Positions 55,637-57,561 of a DNA stretch of 57,561 nt are shown here, in pieces. Under the pieces are notes generated by a model. It saw nothing but the letters and a program-made list of their open reading frames with translations, did not search any database and had not been told where the DNA came from. Both the position numbers and the translations under genes were made by a program. Positions within the stretch are counted from its first letter, which is position 1. Every line of letters starts with the position of its first letter. The stretch covers positions 1 through 57,561 of the forward strand of contig CAYOWI010000004.1 of NCBI GenBank assembly GCA_964407685.1. The letters run 5' to 3'. Source of the DNA: an uncultured Muribaculaceae bacterium. Lineage in GTDB: Bacteria; Bacillota_I; Bacilli_A; RF39; UBA660.

Positions 55637-57561
55637 TGTGTAAGAAAATATTTTTTATAATATCTGTTTTAGCTTTAATTAGGATCTGTGGGGTTTTAAT
55701 AAGTGGTAATAATTATAATGAAAAGGAGGAAAAGAAAGATTTTACAGGTACTATAACTAATTTAATTAATAATGATACTAAAACAGTTATTGATATTGAT
55801 AGATACTACCGGGTAACATTATATAAAAAAGTTGATTATAATTTAGGAGATTTGATTAAGGTTAAAGGAACTTTTAAGCTTCCTGATAATAATACGGTTC
55901 CTAATTTATTTAATTACCGAAAGTATTTATTATCTAAGAAAATAAAAATGATAAGCAATGATGTTAATATTAAACTAATTAAGAAAAACACTAATATTTT
56001 TTATAAAATAAAAAATACCTTTATAAAAAGAATATTACATTGTAAATCAAATCAGTATTTAAATGCTTTTATTTTAGGTAATACATCATATATAGATGAA
56101 AGCGTTAAGCAAGGTTATAGTAGCATGGGAATAAGTCATCTTTTTGCTATTTCTGGTATGCACGTTAGTGTTTTTCTTTTTGCTCTAAACGTTATTTTTA
56201 AAAAGTTTAAGCATAAAAACATCGCAATCTTTTTATTTTTTATGTTTTTTCTTTTTTTAACTAATTTTTCTGAATCTCTTTTAAGAAGTGTTTTGTTTCT
56301 TTTTTTGTCTAAAATCAATAAGAAATTTAATTTAAAAATAAAAAATGAACTGTTAATAGTATTTGAATTTTTACTTTTTATTTTAATTAATCCATATTTA
56401 ATATATAACGTTGGTTTTATATTTTCCGTAGTAATTACTTTTTTTATTGTTTTATCCAGCGATTTATTCAGCTTAAAAAAATATATTTTAAAAACTATAA
56501 TTCTATCTATAATTTGTTTTTTTTCATCTATCCCTATTTTAGCTTTTTCATTTTTTAAAATAAATTTACTATCTATTATATATAATGTTATATTTATTCC
56601 TTTGATTTCTTTTTTTTATTTTCCTTTTGCTTTAATTACTTTTATTTTTCCGTTGTTTGATAATTTTTATTATCAGGTTATAAAGATTTTAGAATGGATT
56701 ATATTAAATCTTTCTAGTATAAAATTATTAACGTTTACCATTTCTAAACCCAATATAATTGTTGTTATCACGTATTATGCATTTCTCTTCTTAACACTTA
56801 AAATTAATAGAAAATATATTGCATTTTTTATTCTTATTTTAATCATTAATATTAATTCAAGTCTTTTTATAAAAGATACCGAAATTACGTTTTTAGATGT
56901 GGGCCAAGGAGATAGCAGTATTGTTATTTTGCCCTTAGGTAAAGCCTTATTAATTGATACTGGAGGTGTTTATAAGAATAATGGCGCAATAGTAAAAAAT
57001 AAAATTATACCATACCTAAACTCTATGGGTATAAATAAATTAGATACTCTAATTATTACCCATGGAGATTATGACCATATGGGTGAGGCAATTAACTTAG
57101 TAGAAAACTTTAAAGTAGAGAAAGTAATATTTAATTGTGGAGAAATTAATGATTTAGAACAAGATTTAATCAAAATTTTAGATAAAAAGAAAATACCGTA
57201 TTACTCATGTATTAAAGAGCTAAATATAGATGATAATAAATTGTATTTTTTGAATAATAAAGACTATGGAAATGAAAATGATAATTCATCCGTTATTTAT
57301 ACCGAACTAAATAATCATAAATTTTTATTTATGGGAGATGCAGGAGTAAAAGTTGAAGAAGATTTAATAGAAAAATATAACTTACAAGACATTGATGTGT
57401 TAAAAGTAGGACATCATGGAAGTAAAACAAGTAGTAGTGAAGAATTTATTAATGAAATTAATTTTCATAATGGAGAAATATTAGATAAAGCGAAAGAAGA
57501 ATATTATATTCAATTAGTAGAAGAAAAATCAAAAGAAAGAAGAATAATTATTATTTTACTT
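55636..57561 (+). CDS. comEC: DNA internalisation competence protein ComEC/Rec2, open at the window end
   Basis: Not in the ORF track because no stop falls within the window. A single open frame runs from the ATG overlapping the comEA stop (TAATG). It contains MGISHLFAISGMHVSVF, the MBL-domain blocks TFLDVGQGDSS and ITHGDYDHMGE, and KVGHHGSKTSSS. Confidence 0.8.
   Translation, partial: MCKKIFFIISVLALIRICGVLISGNNYNEKEEKKDFTGTITNLINNDTKTVIDIDRYYRVTLYKKVDYNLGDLIKVKGTFKLPDNNTVPNLFNYRKYLLSKKIKMISNDVNIKLIKKNTNIFYKIKNTFIKRILHCKSNQYLNAFILGNTSYIDESVKQGYSSMGISHLFAISGMHVSVFLFALNVIFKKFKHKNIAIFLFFMFFLFLTNFSESLLRSVLFLFLSKINKKFNLKIKNELLIVFEFLLFILINPYLIYNVGFIFSVVITFFIVLSSDLFSLKKYILKTIILSIICFFSSIPILAFSFFKINLLSIIYNVIFIPLISFFYFPFALITFIFPLFDNFYYQVIKILEWIILNLSSIKLLTFTISKPNIIVVITYYAFLFLTLKINRKYIAFFILILIININSSLFIKDTEITFLDVGQGDSSIVILPLGKALLIDTGGVYKNNGAIVKNKIIPYLNSMGINKLDTLIITHGDYDHMGEAINLVENFKVEKVIFNCGEINDLEQDLIKILDKKKIPYYSCIKELNIDDNKLYFLNNKDYGNENDNSSVIYTELNNHKFLFMGDAGVKVEEDLIEKYNLQDIDVLKVGHHGSKTSSSEEFINEINFHNGEILDKAKEEYYIQLVEEKSKERRIIIILL

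Noticed and set aside
56136-56318. 60-aa minus-strand ORF inside comEC.
   Set aside because: It lies within the continuous comEC frame, which carries the GISHLFAISGMHV motif at exactly this position.
1-57561. Window-wide look for CRISPR arrays, rRNA, IS elements, integrases and known multi-gene defence systems.
   Set aside because: There are no regularly spaced direct repeats, no rRNA-like GC-rich stretches, no transposase or recombinase motifs in any listed ORF, and no recognisable restriction-modification, Cas, Abi or cyclase/effector signatures. The only long repeat is the 112-bp HD-gene tail reported above.

Overview
This is a very AT-rich chromosomal segment of Firmicutes type. It uses the standard code (TGA is a stop, TGG is Trp) and AGGAGG/GGTGA-type ribosome-binding sites. 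Most genes are on the + strand and are housekeeping: map, yvcK, a short rel/spoT homologue, ftsK, deoD, an M16 peptidase pair, natAB-like ABC genes, dnaB/dnaI helicase loaders, a T-box-controlled thrS, an anaerobic ribonucleotide reductase cluster, dut, rpmB, dnaE, rdgB, rnc, smc, def, ftsW/rodA, comEA and comEC. The left ~8 kb looks accessory: a sortase tail, Fic, Bro-N/DinD-like, Vat-type acetyltransferase, a GyrI-like protein and three membrane-anchored XRE regulators. I recognised no rRNA, tRNA, CRISPR array, transposase or integrase.

The observations most worth a second look are:
1. Two paralogous intergenic modules (about 23.34-23.66 kb and 48.08-48.42 kb). Each has a 26-29 aa hydrophobic peptide ORF, a shared bidirectional terminator, a strong convergent promoter for a roughly 80-100 nt antisense-side RNA, and locus-specific inverted arms ending in GTTTTCCA. 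They are candidate type I toxin-antitoxin-like systems with an unusual same-sense 5' module in both RNAs.
2. A class III RNR cluster containing an intact NrdD paralogue that lacks the glycyl-radical motif. It is followed by nrdG, an NrdD fused to a C-terminal glutaredoxin-like CPNC domain, and a TrxB-like reductase without the HRR NADPH motif.
3. A 112-bp direct repeat of the 3' end of an HD-domain gene, bracketing a 5.2-kb seven-gene segment.
4. A Thr T-box leader that drives a nucleotidyltransferase-fold gene translationally coupled to a TGS-less thrS.
5. An uncharacterised 402-aa ORF wedged between dnaB and dnaI.

All functional calls come from motifs read in the supplied translations. No database search was run.
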